The notes under the pieces were generated by a model. The model was not told the DNA's origin. It saw only the letters and a list, made by a program, of their open reading frames with translations, and searched no databases. Below, piece after piece: positions 63,186 through 64,000 of a DNA stretch of 64,000 nucleotides. Within the stretch, counting starts at the first letter, position 1; each line of letters begins with the position of its first letter. Position numbers and translations under genes: made by a program. The stretch spans positions 29,946,001 through 30,010,000 of the forward strand of contig NC_043006.1 in the NCBI RefSeq assembly GCF_006345805.1, in the 5' to 3' direction. This DNA comes from Octopus sinensis (taxonomy: Eukaryota).

Positions 63186-64000
63186 GTAAGGAAATTTTAT
63201 GCCATAACGTCTGCTTCCTTTAACAATATGTATTGTTGATGTATTTGCATTTTCCTTTCTTTACAAAATCAAAAGCATAATCACCCTTTCACTTCTTCTA
63301 TTCACATTGTCTCTTGTTTTACTTATTTTATTTAGATTTTTTTAATATTGTTGGTTTTCTTCACTAAAATAAAAATTAACAAAAAAGACATAACAAAATG
63401 ATAAATTAATATCCACCAAAGTATATTTAATTGCTGTGTGTGTATATTATATATATATAAACACACGCTCTATTCCTTTTCTGGCGTAAATTATATTTTT
63501 TAAACATTAAACATAATTTCGAATTAACTTTAAAAAAAAGGACAAGATTTATTTTCTATTGGTTTGTCAGAGACGTCTGACAACATTAACATTAGATATT
63601 TTATTATTAAATATATTTATTATATAGATATTATTATTATTATTGTGTGTAACCTGCGGCGTGGAGTTGCCGGCAAAATAAGTTTGCACCGTAGTTTCAA
63701 TTCTCATTTGAAAGTAAATTCACTTCGCTTTTTTCTTACCAGTAATAAACACCAACTCCACACAAACTCTTTCTCTTCTTTTTGATCCTGAAAAGAAATA
63801 AAATTATTATTATTATATCAAACACTGTAGAGGAGACGATGCAATCGTGTTTAATGAGATGGTTTCCATTCCCATGTTTATTAATACAATCTTATCGCCG
63901 ATTGTTTAATTTTCCTCTCTAAAACATTCTCCAGTCTTGTACCTCTTAATGCCACAAACACCATTATTATTTATTATTTTGGGCTGTATATTTAAATGTA

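Overview
AT-rich, repeat-dense animal genomic DNA. The SINE and RTE repeat families look like those of Octopus (coleoid cephalopod); this is inferred from repeat recognition, not from a search. One host protein-coding gene can be fully reconstructed: a 5-exon, minus-strand SUMO1-like gene. Its coding exons are 43643-43663, 43059-43130, 25333-25410, 20103-20174 and 19055-19114, all introns are phase 0, and the product is 100 aa: [100 protein letters not shown]. Intron 1 most likely uses a non-canonical GC donor. A probable non-coding first exon of another gene lies near 63 kb. The rest is transposon-derived: a young 5'-truncated RTE LINE with an uninterrupted 637-aa RT ORF inside SUMO intron 2, many eroded RTE copies and 3' tails, a complete but interrupted mariner, a Chapaev-like transposase pseudogene, Penelope-like, CR1-like and RLE-type LINE fragments, hAT/piggyBac/Tigger-like MITEs, a probable Helitron end, tRNA-derived SINEs and microsatellites. 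I found no convincing wholly new biological system. The most interesting unexplained structures are a 67/69-bp fold-back hairpin in SUMO intron 4, two signatures of local ectopic gene conversion between repeats flanking SUMO exons, an alternating palindrome array upstream of the promoter, and nested tandem duplications arising from the RTE 3' UTR.
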